DNA from: Clostridia bacterium | GTDB taxonomy: Bacteria > Bacillota > Clostridia > Oscillospirales > CAG-272 | Direction: 5' to 3' | Assembly: GCA_017518025.1 (NCBI GenBank) | Contig: JAFWWR010000110.1 | Span: 1 to 30,132 of the forward strand | DNA length: 30,132 nucleotides | Shown: positions 7,383 through 16,157 of the stretch, one piece after another | Numbering within the stretch: position 1 is the first letter of the stretch | Layout: each line of letters begins with the position of its first letter | The notes under the pieces: model-generated | What the model was told of the DNA's origin: nothing | Seen by the model: the letters and a program-made list of their open reading frames with translations, nothing else | Database searches by the model: none | Made by a program: the position numbers and the translations under genes

Positions 7383-10300
7383 GTTATGACGTCGCCTCGG
7401 CGATACTGAGGCAGAACAGAGAATACAGAGACCTGAGCGATCTCGCTTTCTCCGCCGGAGGGCGGGGGGCGATCCGCCCAGCCGTAGCCGGGGGCCTTCC
7501 GGAGACCGCCCGGTCTGTTTTCGTGCTTGCGTTCGCGGAGGACGTGACCCTTTCCGGCAAGTCGGTGCTGCTCCTGTTCCCCGACGACCGTGAGGCGTCG
7601 ACAGCCGCCGCCGCGCTGACGGAGCGCGGGGTCGACGCGCTGTTTTACCCGTCGCGGGACTATAATTTCAACAATATCACCACGTCTCACGAGACGGAGA
7701 ACGACCGCCTCCGGGTGCTGAACCGCCTTTTCGAGCCGGATTCCGCCCCCGCGGCCGTCTGCGCCGGCATTTACGGCGCACTACAGATCACAGTCGGCAG
7801 GGAGGAGTTCGTCTCCAGGACTACGGTCATAAGGAGCGCCGATACCGTCGACACGGACGCCCTTTGCCTGAAACTGACCGAAAACGGCTACACCCGCGTG
7901 GAACTGGTGGAGGGCCCCGGACAGTTCGCCGTCCGCGGCGGCATCGTGGATGTGTTCCCGCCCCTCGGACGCGCGTGCAGGATGGAGCTTTTCGGCGACG
8001 AGATCGACCGCCTCGGTTATTTCGACGCTGTGACTCAGCGGTTCACCGATTTCAGCGACAGCATCGTGATCCCACCGGCGCGGGAGGTCATCCTGACGGA
8101 AGAGATACGCGAGGAACTTACGAAACTTCTGACGGCGCAGCTCAAAAAGCTCGCGCGCATGACGGACGAGCGCTCGGACAGAGCCGGGCGGATCATCCTC
8201 TCGGAGCTCGCCCGGCTCCGTGAGGGCATGGACCCCGAATCGTCCGATAAATACATCCCGGTGATCTGCCGTGGCGAGGAATGTCTCCTCGATCACTTCG
8301 ACGGAGTCGTCGTGCTGGACGGATCGTTTGAACTCAAATCGAGAGCAGAGGCGGCGGAGACGCTGCTTGCGCAGAGTCTTGCAGGTCTTCTCGAGACCGG
8401 CGAGCTTTTCACCTCCTTCGATACCGACAGATACGTCGCCGGCTTCGGCAAGGTCACGGAAAAATCACGCACCGCCTTCACCGTGTACGCCGCGGGGCTC
8501 ATCGGATCGGCGGAATCGGCGGGGATAAAGAACGGCGTGACTTTCGACTTCGGCGCGCGCCACGCCCCCTCTTATAAGAGAAACTCGGAACTTTTCTTCG
8601 ACGACGTCCGGTCCTTCGTGCGCCGCGGTTACACCGTGGGCGTGCTTTTCGCCACGGAAAGCGAGAGGAGCAACGTCTCGCAGAAGCTGGTGGAGGAAGG
8701 TATCACCGTATACCCCTTCGGCGGCGACGAACTCCCGGCGACGGACGGAACACGCGGTATCGTCGTCACGGCTGCGGGCAGTCTGCCCGGCGGTTTCGAG
8801 CTTGCCGCTTCCCGGGGCGCTCTCCTTGATTTTTCCGGCGCCGGCACCGTAAGACGGCGGCTCGTGAGCAAGAAATTCAAGGCGATGAAGGACGCCGCCG
8901 AGACCATACTTTCATATTCCGACCTGGAGGTGGGCGATCTGGTAGTCCACGCCGCGTACGGGATCGGTATGTACCGCGGCATCGAGAATCTCACCGTGGA
9001 CGGCGTGTCCCGCGACTACGTGAAGCTGGATTACGCCGGCGGCGACAACCTGTTCCTGCCGGTGGATCAGCTCGATCTCGTGTCGAAATACATCGGCGCG
9101 GGCGCCGATTCGGGCGCGGTAAAGCTGTCGAAGATGGGCGGCGCCGACTGGAACAGAGCCCGCACAAAAGCAAAAGAAGCCACGAAGGAAATGGCGAAGG
9201 AGCTCATCGAGCTTTACGCCCGCCGCCGCAGGACCAAAGGCATCGCCTTCGAGCCGGACGACGAGATGAGCCGGGAGTTCGCCTCCACCTTCGAATACGA
9301 AGAGACCGACGGCCAGACCCGCGCCATAGACGACGTGCGCCGCGACATGGAGGCGCCGTACCCCATGGACCGCCTCATCTGCGGCGACGTGGGCTACGGC
9401 AAGACGGAAGTCGCCCTTCGCGCCGCCTTCAAGGCGGTGATGAGCGGAAAGCAGGTAGCGGTCCTTGTGCCCACGACGCTGCTGGCGTACCAGCATTATA
9501 AGAGCTTCGTGACACGCCTCAGGGCGTTCCCGGTGTCCGTCGATATGCTCTCCCGGTTCAGAACGAGGGGAGAGCAGCAGGCGTCCCTCCGCAAGCTCAG
9601 GCACGGCGACACCGATATCATCATCGGCACTCACCGGCTCATTTCCGCCGACGTGGAGTTCCGGGATCTCGGCCTTGTGGTGGTGGACGAGGAACAGCGT
9701 TTCGGCGTGGCGCAGAAGGAAAAACTGAAAAAGATCGCGGCGAACGCGGACGTGCTGACGCTGACCGCCACGCCCATTCCGCGGACGCTGAATATGGCCA
9801 TGGGCGGCATCGTCGACATGAGCATCCTGGACGAGGCGCCGGGCCAGCGCTCGCCGGTGCAGACCTACGTCCTCGAATACGACGACGTGATAATCTACGA
9901 GGCGATCCGCCGGGAGCTCCGCCGGGACGGGCAGGTGTTCTATCTGTTCAACCGGGTGGAGGGCATCTACGGCGTCGCTCGAAGGATACAGGAAAACATC
10001 CCGGAGGCGCGGATCGCCGTGGCGCACGGAAAAATGGACCGGGAGGAGCTGGAGGAGATCTGGGAGGCGATCATCCGAGGCGAGGTGGACGTGCTTGTCT
10101 GCACCACCATCATCGAAACGGGCGTCGACATCCCCAACGCAAACACGCTTATAATCGAGAATTCCGACAACTACGGTCTCGCCCAGCTTCACCAGATCAG
10201 GGGCCGCGTGGGCAGATCCGGAAGACGCGCCTACGCGTACTTCACGTACCGCAAGAACAAGGAACTGACCGAAGTCGCCGAAAAGCGGCTTTCCGCCATC

Positions 10301-10948
10301 AAGGAATACGCCGAGTTCGGCGCCGGGTACAAGATCGCCCTGCGGGACCTGGAGATCAGGGGCGCGGGAAATCTTCTCGGCGCGGAACAGCACGGCCACA
10401 TGGAGGCGGTGGGCTACGATCTGTATATGAAGCTGCTCAGCGAGGCGGTCATCGAAGAAAAGGGCGAGATCGTGGAGAAGCCCGCGGAGTGCGCCGTGGA
10501 CCTGCGCCTCGACGCGTACCTGCCGAAGAGCTATATCCCGTCCTCTCCTCAGAGAATGGAGATTTACAAAAAACTTGCCAGGATCGGCTCGGAGGACGAC
10601 TACGAGGACATGATCGACGAGCTGTGCGACCGCTTCGGCGAGCCGCCGACCACGGCGATGAACCTTTGCAGGATCGCGCTGGTCCGCGCCCTCGGGGCGA
10701 ACTCCGGGATAACGAAGATCGACGAGAGGGACGGCGCTGTCCGCCTCTTCCCGGCGGAGCCGGATCCCGCTGCCATCACCCGCGTGGCGGACGAATACCC
10801 CCGCGGGACGGTCCGGGCGGTGCCCGGCAATCCGCTCTCCCTTATCTGCCGCGTGCCTCGCGGGATGAAAACCGTGGATTTCGTCACGGGTCTGCTGAAA
10901 AAATACGCGGGAGCTCGGGAAGCCGACGGGGAAGGAGAAGACTTATGA
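7379..10948 (+). CDS. mfd: Transcription-repair coupling factor
   Basis: 1189 aa. UvrB-homology region (GQFAVRGGIVDVFP), CarD-like RID (GDLVVHAAYGIG), DRLICGDVGYGKTEVA, VVDEEQRFGV, LTATPIPRT, QIRGRVGRS, DLEIRGAGNLLG, and a C-terminal TRCF domain. ATGA overlap with pth. Confidence 0.97.
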   Translation: MSYDVASAILRQNREYRDLSDLAFSAGGRGAIRPAVAGGLPETARSVFVLAFAEDVTLSGKSVLLLFPDDREASTAAAALTERGVDALFYPSRDYNFNNITTSHETENDRLRVLNRLFEPDSAPAAVCAGIYGALQITVGREEFVSRTTVIRSADTVDTDALCLKLTENGYTRVELVEGPGQFAVRGGIVDVFPPLGRACRMELFGDEIDRLGYFDAVTQRFTDFSDSIVIPPAREVILTEEIREELTKLLTAQLKKLARMTDERSDRAGRIILSELARLREGMDPESSDKYIPVICRGEECLLDHFDGVVVLDGSFELKSRAEAAETLLAQSLAGLLETGELFTSFDTDRYVAGFGKVTEKSRTAFTVYAAGLIGSAESAGIKNGVTFDFGARHAPSYKRNSELFFDDVRSFVRRGYTVGVLFATESERSNVSQKLVEEGITVYPFGGDELPATDGTRGIVVTAAGSLPGGFELAASRGALLDFSGAGTVRRRLVSKKFKAMKDAAETILSYSDLEVGDLVVHAAYGIGMYRGIENLTVDGVSRDYVKLDYAGGDNLFLPVDQLDLVSKYIGAGADSGAVKLSKMGGADWNRARTKAKEATKEMAKELIELYARRRRTKGIAFEPDDEMSREFASTFEYEETDGQTRAIDDVRRDMEAPYPMDRLICGDVGYGKTEVALRAAFKAVMSGKQVAVLVPTTLLAYQHYKSFVTRLRAFPVSVDMLSRFRTRGEQQASLRKLRHGDTDIIIGTHRLISADVEFRDLGLVVVDEEQRFGVAQKEKLKKIAANADVLTLTATPIPRTLNMAMGGIVDMSILDEAPGQRSPVQTYVLEYDDVIIYEAIRRELRRDGQVFYLFNRVEGIYGVARRIQENIPEARIAVAHGKMDREELEEIWEAIIRGEVDVLVCTTIIETGVDIPNANTLIIENSDNYGLAQLHQIRGRVGRSGRRAYAYFTYRKNKELTEVAEKRLSAIKEYAEFGAGYKIALRDLEIRGAGNLLGAEQHGHMEAVGYDLYMKLLSEAVIEEKGEIVEKPAECAVDLRLDAYLPKSYIPSSPQRMEIYKKLARIGSEDDYEDMIDELCDRFGEPPTTAMNLCRIALVRALGANSGITKIDERDGAVRLFPAEPDPAAITRVADEYPRGTVRAVPGNPLSLICRVPRGMKTVDFVTGLLKKYAGAREADGEGEDL

Positions 10949-12042
10949 CAGAACTGATATCCCCGGCGAGAGGAGCCGTTTTGTCCGTCCTCACCGACGT
11001 GCAGAGAGAATTCCTGCGTCGGCAGAAGGAGGGACTTATCGACGGCTCGGCGGAAAAGCACTATTGGGACAGCTCCGCCTTCGGCTGGCTCCCCGACAGC
11101 CGCGATCCGCGCCGGGACCTCACCGCCCCCGCCGCGGTCCTCATCCGGTTCAGGACGGACGATCCTCTCGCGCCCGTGAAGGTGGAGGTGTCGGAGAGGG
11201 ACGATTTTTCGGTCCCCGCGGCCGTAACGATCGGCAGGATAGAGCAATCTGCGGAGGAAGAGGGAGTCTTCCATGCGATCCTCACCAATCTCACCCCCGG
11301 GAGACGGTATTTCTGGCGCGTCACCGCGGGAGAGCTGTCCGCAACGGGAGAGTTCTCCGCCCGGGACGAGGAAATGTGCCCGAAAGATATCGAAGGCACC
11401 GCCAACGTGCGCGATATCGGCGGGTATCCCGCGGCGGGCGGCAAAAGGATAAAATACGGACTCTTTTACCGCGGCGGCGCCCTGGACAGCAGGGTCGAGG
11501 ACCGGTACCGTCTCACCCGGCGGGGAAAAGAGACCGTCAACGACGTGCTGAAGATCAGAACGGAGATCGACCTGCGTGGCGAAGACGGCGTGTTCCATGA
11601 AAGCGAGGCGGGACCGGATCTGAAGTACGTCATGATCCCGTCGCTCCATTACAGCGACATGATCCGCGACGAAGGCCCGGCGCTGCTGAAACGCATTTTT
11701 GAACTGCTCTGCGACAGAGAGAATTACCCCGTTTACATACACTGTCAGGCGGGAGCCGACCGCACCGGCGTGGCGGTCATGTTCCTGCTGGGACTACTCG
11801 GCGTGCCGGACGACGTGATCGAGGCGGACTATAACGTCACGTCCCTTTCCATCGACGACCGGCGTGACTGGCGCGGCAGTCTGCACATGGACGACTTTCT
11901 CGCGACTCTCGGCGGGATCTCGCCGGCGCCCACCGTGTCGGAATCGTTGAGGAATTTCCTCTATACCGTTGGCATTCCCGCCGAAAAACTCGACGGATTG
12001 CGCGATTTCTTTCTTGATGCGACAAAAGGAGACCTGATATGA
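10945..12042 (+). CDS. Tyrosine-protein phosphatase (Y_phosphatase3/IphP/MptpB-like) with N-terminal FN3-like domain, paralog 1
   Basis: 365 aa from ATG 10945 (SD GGAG, ATGA overlap with the mfd stop). Motifs NVRDIGGY, FYRGG, IRTEIDLR, P-loop HCQAGADRTG, DYNVTS. The N-terminal domain ends TNLTPGRRYFWRV. Confidence 0.88.
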   Translation: MTELISPARGAVLSVLTDVQREFLRRQKEGLIDGSAEKHYWDSSAFGWLPDSRDPRRDLTAPAAVLIRFRTDDPLAPVKVEVSERDDFSVPAAVTIGRIEQSAEEEGVFHAILTNLTPGRRYFWRVTAGELSATGEFSARDEEMCPKDIEGTANVRDIGGYPAAGGKRIKYGLFYRGGALDSRVEDRYRLTRRGKETVNDVLKIRTEIDLRGEDGVFHESEAGPDLKYVMIPSLHYSDMIRDEGPALLKRIFELLCDRENYPVYIHCQAGADRTGVAVMFLLGLLGVPDDVIEADYNVTSLSIDDRRDWRGSLHMDDFLATLGGISPAPTVSESLRNFLYTVGIPAEKLDGLRDFFLDATKGDLI

Positions 12043-13127
12043 ACATAACGCTTATCTCACCCGCCGACGGACTGCGGTTCTCGGTGCTTGACGACCTCTA
12101 TCGTGAGTTTATCCGCATGTTTGAGTTGAAAAAAGGAAGCGAAGACCGCGGCGTGATGCCGGAATTCGGTCACCGGGACGGACTTGACTACGATTGCACC
12201 TATCCGAAGTCCGTCATTTTCCGCTGGAGATCGGACGATCCCCTTGCACGGACCCTGCTCGAGATCTCCGACGACGAGACCTTCGCCGCGCCTTCGCTCG
12301 TCACGATCCACACCGTCCGTCAGGCGGCGGACGGGGAGGGGGAGTACTTCGCCGAGGGGACCAATTTCCGGGTGGGACGTAAATACTTCTGGCGCGTCAC
12401 GTCCGGCGAAGCCGTATCCGAGGCGCGCTCCTTTGAGACGTACCCCGACAAGATACGCCCCGTTGAGATCAGCGGGATCTACAACGTCCGCGACGTGGGC
12501 GGAAGGATGACCGACTCCGGCAGACGGATAAAGCAGGGCCTTCTCTATCGGGGGACCCAGTTCGAGCACATGCCCGAGGACAAATCGGCGCTCAACGACC
12601 ACGGGCGGCTCATGATCCTGCGCGATCTGGGCATAAAAACGGAACTTGACCTCCGCGGAGACGACGACATGGACGAGAACCCCGTCGTACCGGAGCTTCG
12701 AGTGTACCGTTTCCTCGGCGGCTCGTATTACGAGACCTTTCCGGAGTGCGACTACCGGGAGGCGCTCCGCGGCACGTTCCGCGTGCTCCTCGACGAGTCG
12801 AACTACCCGATTTACATGCACTGCGCCGCCGGAGCGGACCGCACCGGCACCGTGGCGTATTATCTTGAATCGATCCTCGGAGTGCCCGTGGACGATATTA
12901 TGCTCGGATACAAGATAACCGGTCTGTCCCTACACGATCACGAGATGGACGGCTGGTACAAAAAAAGAGACGTGGAAAAGCATCTCGGACTGCTTTGGGG
13001 CAAGTACGGCAAGGACGTCCCCTTCCGCGAGCTGATGAAGCTCGATCTGATGGATCTCGGTTTTACGGAGGACGATTTCGACAAGCTGCGCCGTATCTTC
13101 CTCGAGGACGCGGAGAATAAGGGATGA
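12039..13127 (+). CDS. FN3-like + tyrosine-protein phosphatase, paralog 2
   Basis: 362 aa. NVRDVGG, LLYRG, GIKTELDLR, HCAAGADRTG. ATGA overlap with paralog 1. Confidence 0.88.
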   Translation: MNITLISPADGLRFSVLDDLYREFIRMFELKKGSEDRGVMPEFGHRDGLDYDCTYPKSVIFRWRSDDPLARTLLEISDDETFAAPSLVTIHTVRQAADGEGEYFAEGTNFRVGRKYFWRVTSGEAVSEARSFETYPDKIRPVEISGIYNVRDVGGRMTDSGRRIKQGLLYRGTQFEHMPEDKSALNDHGRLMILRDLGIKTELDLRGDDDMDENPVVPELRVYRFLGGSYYETFPECDYREALRGTFRVLLDESNYPIYMHCAAGADRTGTVAYYLESILGVPVDDIMLGYKITGLSLHDHEMDGWYKKRDVEKHLGLLWGKYGKDVPFRELMKLDLMDLGFTEDDFDKLRRIFLEDAENKG

Positions 13128-14164
13128 TCGAACTTTTATCTCCGTCAAACGGCGCTCAGGTCGCCGTCACGACCGATCTTCAGCGGGAATTCGTCCGTCG
13201 CCTGAGGGCGGGGGAGATGGACGGAAACGCTCACGAATACGACTGGCTCCCGAAGTTTGACCGGAACGGCGTCGATCCGTCCCGCCCGGCTCCCGTGACT
13301 CTCGAGTGGATCTGCGACGGGGACGCGGAGGTGGAGTTGTTCCGGAACGGCGCTCCCGCCGCGGCTGAGATCGGACCGGTGATATGCCGCTGCGAAAACG
13401 GTCGGCGCGTCTGCTCCTCCGAGGTGTCGAATCTCATGACAGGCACGAAGTACGAATGGCGCGTCAGATCAGAAAACGCCGTCAGCGAAACGCGTGAACT
13501 CGTTACCGATCGCGGCGTGAGATTCGTGGCGCTGGACGGCATCTCCAACGTGCGGGATATAGGCGGCTACCCTCTGCCGGGCGGAAAAAGAGTAAAGCAG
13601 GGCATGATCTACCGCGGCACCTGCCCCCTCGGAAACTTCGAGCAAACTGCGCTGACGGAGAAGGGGAGGAGCACGTTCACAGGCGTTCTCGGGATTAAAA
13701 CGGAGATCGACCTGCGCGCCGAAGTGGTCGGAACGGACGAGGCGAGACCCGCCGATCCGTCGGTGGAATATCACGTTATGCCGATCGATCCCTATGAGAT
13801 GGCTCTCGGAGAAAAAAGCCGAGAAAAACTCGCGGAAGTTTTTCACATACTGTGCGACGGAAGCAAATACCCCGTCTACGTCCATTGCGGCGCAGGCGCC
13901 GACAGAACGGCGACGGTGGCGTTCATCGCCGAGACCCTTCTCGGGATGGATAGGGACGACGTAAAACTCGACTATAACCTGACCACTCTGTCGTTTATCG
14001 CCGTCCGGAGCTGGGACGAAAACGAACTGATCCCGCGATTCTTCGACGCCGCGGCAAAAGAGACGGGCAAAACGGACAGACAGCCGTCGATCCGCTCTCT
14101 TCTTCTTTCGCTCGGCGTGTCGGAAGCAGAGCTTGAACAATTCCGTTCGATAATGATCGAATGA
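13124..14164 (+). CDS. FN3-like + tyrosine-protein phosphatase, paralog 3
   Basis: 346 aa. NVRDIGGY, MIYRG, GIKTEIDLR, HCGAGADRTA. ATGA overlap with paralog 2. Confidence 0.88.
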   Translation: MIELLSPSNGAQVAVTTDLQREFVRRLRAGEMDGNAHEYDWLPKFDRNGVDPSRPAPVTLEWICDGDAEVELFRNGAPAAAEIGPVICRCENGRRVCSSEVSNLMTGTKYEWRVRSENAVSETRELVTDRGVRFVALDGISNVRDIGGYPLPGGKRVKQGMIYRGTCPLGNFEQTALTEKGRSTFTGVLGIKTEIDLRAEVVGTDEARPADPSVEYHVMPIDPYEMALGEKSREKLAEVFHILCDGSKYPVYVHCGAGADRTATVAFIAETLLGMDRDDVKLDYNLTTLSFIAVRSWDENELIPRFFDAAAKETGKTDRQPSIRSLLLSLGVSEAELEQFRSIMIE

Positions 14165-14180
14165 GCGAAAGGAAAAAGAT

Positions 14181-15227
14181 ATGATAAAGCTGATTTCACC
14201 CAAAGACGGCGCCTCCGTTTCCGTAATGACGGACGTGCAGAAGGAATTCGTCCGACTCCACCGTGCGGGCGACTGCGAAGAGATCGACCGGCGGCTGAGA
14301 GAACTTACCGAGGGCCACGCCCACGATTTCTCCCGCCCCGCGGAGGCGATATTCAGCTGGTACTGCGACGATCCCACCGTGGTGATGACGCTCGAGATCT
14401 CCGGGAGCGAAGATTTCGACGACCCCGCCCCGGTACATATCGGAACGATCCGCCAGTCTGCGGAGGACGGCTCCTATTTCGTCCCCGTCACCAATTTTTA
14501 TACGGGCGCGAAGTACTTCTGGCGGGTGGTCTGCGGAGAGGAGATCTCCTCTGTACGCACCTTTTCCACGCCGGAAGGCGGACTGAGGCCGGTGTTCGTT
14601 GACAACGTGCCGAACTTCCGCGATCTCGGGGGACGTATGACCGCCTCGGGCAGACGGATCAGGCAGGGACTCCTGTACCGAGGAACTCACCTCGAAGAGG
14701 ATGAAGGAAGCGGACTTACCGAGCCGGGAAGGGAAATATTCGTCCGGGAACTGGGGATAAAGACCGAACTTGATCTCCGGGAGGAGTCCTTCGGCAAGGT
14801 GGAATCGTCCCCGGCGGGGGAGGGCGTGCGCCTTGTCCTCGTGCCGTTTGACAGTTCCTGGGGCGGCACGCTGAATGACCGCGGCATGGGGCAGCTGAAG
14901 ATGATATTTGACGTCATCACTGATAAAAACAACTACCCGGTATACGTTCATTGCTACACCGGCGCGGACAGAACGGGATTTTTCGGCGTCGTTCTCGGAG
15001 CGATACTGGGCGTTCCCGACAGCGAGATCATTCTTGACTATGAATTCACCTCGCTCCACGAGGAGCGCGACTGGGAGAGGTGCGAGGGCGCCGAGGGCTA
15101 CTTCGGATTCCTCGACGAGACGTACCCCGGCCACACGCCGGGCGAGCTTGTGCTGATCCACCTGCGTGAGTACGGCATCGACCCGGATCTCATCGAAAAA
15201 GTGCGGGAGATCATGCTCGAAGACTGA
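14181..15227 (+). CDS. FN3-like + tyrosine-protein phosphatase, paralog 4
   Basis: 348 aa. NFRDLGG, LLYRG, GIKTELDLR, HCYTGADRTG. Confidence 0.88.
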   Translation: MIKLISPKDGASVSVMTDVQKEFVRLHRAGDCEEIDRRLRELTEGHAHDFSRPAEAIFSWYCDDPTVVMTLEISGSEDFDDPAPVHIGTIRQSAEDGSYFVPVTNFYTGAKYFWRVVCGEEISSVRTFSTPEGGLRPVFVDNVPNFRDLGGRMTASGRRIRQGLLYRGTHLEEDEGSGLTEPGREIFVRELGIKTELDLREESFGKVESSPAGEGVRLVLVPFDSSWGGTLNDRGMGQLKMIFDVITDKNNYPVYVHCYTGADRTGFFGVVLGAILGVPDSEIILDYEFTSLHEERDWERCEGAEGYFGFLDETYPGHTPGELVLIHLREYGIDPDLIEKVREIMLED

Positions 15228-15242
15228 CCGGAGGGAGAACCG

Positions 15243-15584
15243 ATGGATCAATTTGACTGCAACTATACCGAAAACGACCTTGAAGATGCGAAGAAGTTCA
15301 GAGCGGACGTCCACAAGGAGGCGCTGGGAAAGGCGCTGCTGATCCGTCCCGACGTCACGGAAGTGATCGACAAAAACCCCGTCGAATCGTATTTTCAGAA
15401 AGTCTGGGAATACCCCGGGACGTGGTATCTCTACGCAGCGATCCCGGAGGGGTATAAAAGCCGCGACGAACTCGTCGATTCCATAGTGAGAGATACGCTC
15501 GAACACTACCGCGGGAAAAAACTGACCCGCATTTCCGTTCTTCTGGCAAAGAGAAAAAGACGAAAAAGGAGAAAAACAAAATGA
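15243..15584 (+). CDS. Hypothetical protein (113 aa)
   Basis: Good SD (GGAGGGAG) and fills the gap inside the operon; ATGA overlap with the next gene. No family recognised. The highly basic C-terminal tail may be non-native. Confidence 0.65.
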   Translation: MDQFDCNYTENDLEDAKKFRADVHKEALGKALLIRPDVTEVIDKNPVESYFQKVWEYPGTWYLYAAIPEGYKSRDELVDSIVRDTLEHYRGKKLTRISVLLAKRKRRKRRKTK

Positions 15585-16123
15585 GTAAAGTGCTTGTTAT
15601 AACCACCAGTCTCCGTGCGAGAAGCAATTCCGACGTTCTCGCAGGACGGCTGGCCGCAGGCGCGAGGGACGCCGGTCACGAGGTGGAGTGCGTTTCCCTC
15701 AAGGGTAAGAAGTTAGGTTTTTGTATCGGGTGTTTTTCGTGCCTCAAAACACAAAGATGCGCCATAAAAGACGACGCGGTGGAGATCGCGGATAAGGTCA
15801 TGAACGCGGACACGCTGGTGTTCGTCACGCCGATCTACTACTACGAGATGGCGGGTCAGATGAAAACCCTTCTCGATCGCCTGAATCCGCTTTATTCCGC
15901 CGACTACAAATTCAGGAAGGTATATATGCTCTCCGTGGCGGCGGAGGACGAGGAGACCACTCCGGTGAAGGCGGTGAACGGCCTTCAGGGCTGGGTGGAC
16001 TGCTTTGACAAGGCAGAACTTGCGGGCTCCCTCTTCTGCGGCGGCATCACCGATCCCTCGGAAGCTGAAGGGAAGGAAACGGAACTCCGGGAGGCATACG
16101 AGTTCGGAAAGTCGCTGCTTTGA
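15581..16123 (+). CDS. Flavodoxin-fold protein, iron-sulfur flavoprotein / NADPH-dependent FMN reductase family
   Basis: 180 aa. TSLRARSNS FMN-binding loop, compact CxxCxxCx5C motif (CIGCFSCLKTQRC), ADTLVFVTPIYYYEMAGQMKTLLDR. Confidence 0.85.
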   Translation: MSKVLVITTSLRARSNSDVLAGRLAAGARDAGHEVECVSLKGKKLGFCIGCFSCLKTQRCAIKDDAVEIADKVMNADTLVFVTPIYYYEMAGQMKTLLDRLNPLYSADYKFRKVYMLSVAAEDEETTPVKAVNGLQGWVDCFDKAELAGSLFCGGITDPSEAEGKETELREAYEFGKSLL

Positions 16124-16157
16124 GGCGGCCGGTATAAAACGTACGAGAGGAAAAAAC

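Noticed and set aside
10489-10944. ORF-track N-terminal extension of phosphatase 1 (517 aa); likewise 6471 for pth, 16005 for paralog 5, 18320 for the GNAT, 20080 for miaA, 21310 for queA and 28512 for GH106
   Set aside because: The extensions overlap neighbouring genes, promoters or intergenic DNA. Downstream ATGs have proper SD sequences and match family or paralog N-termini.
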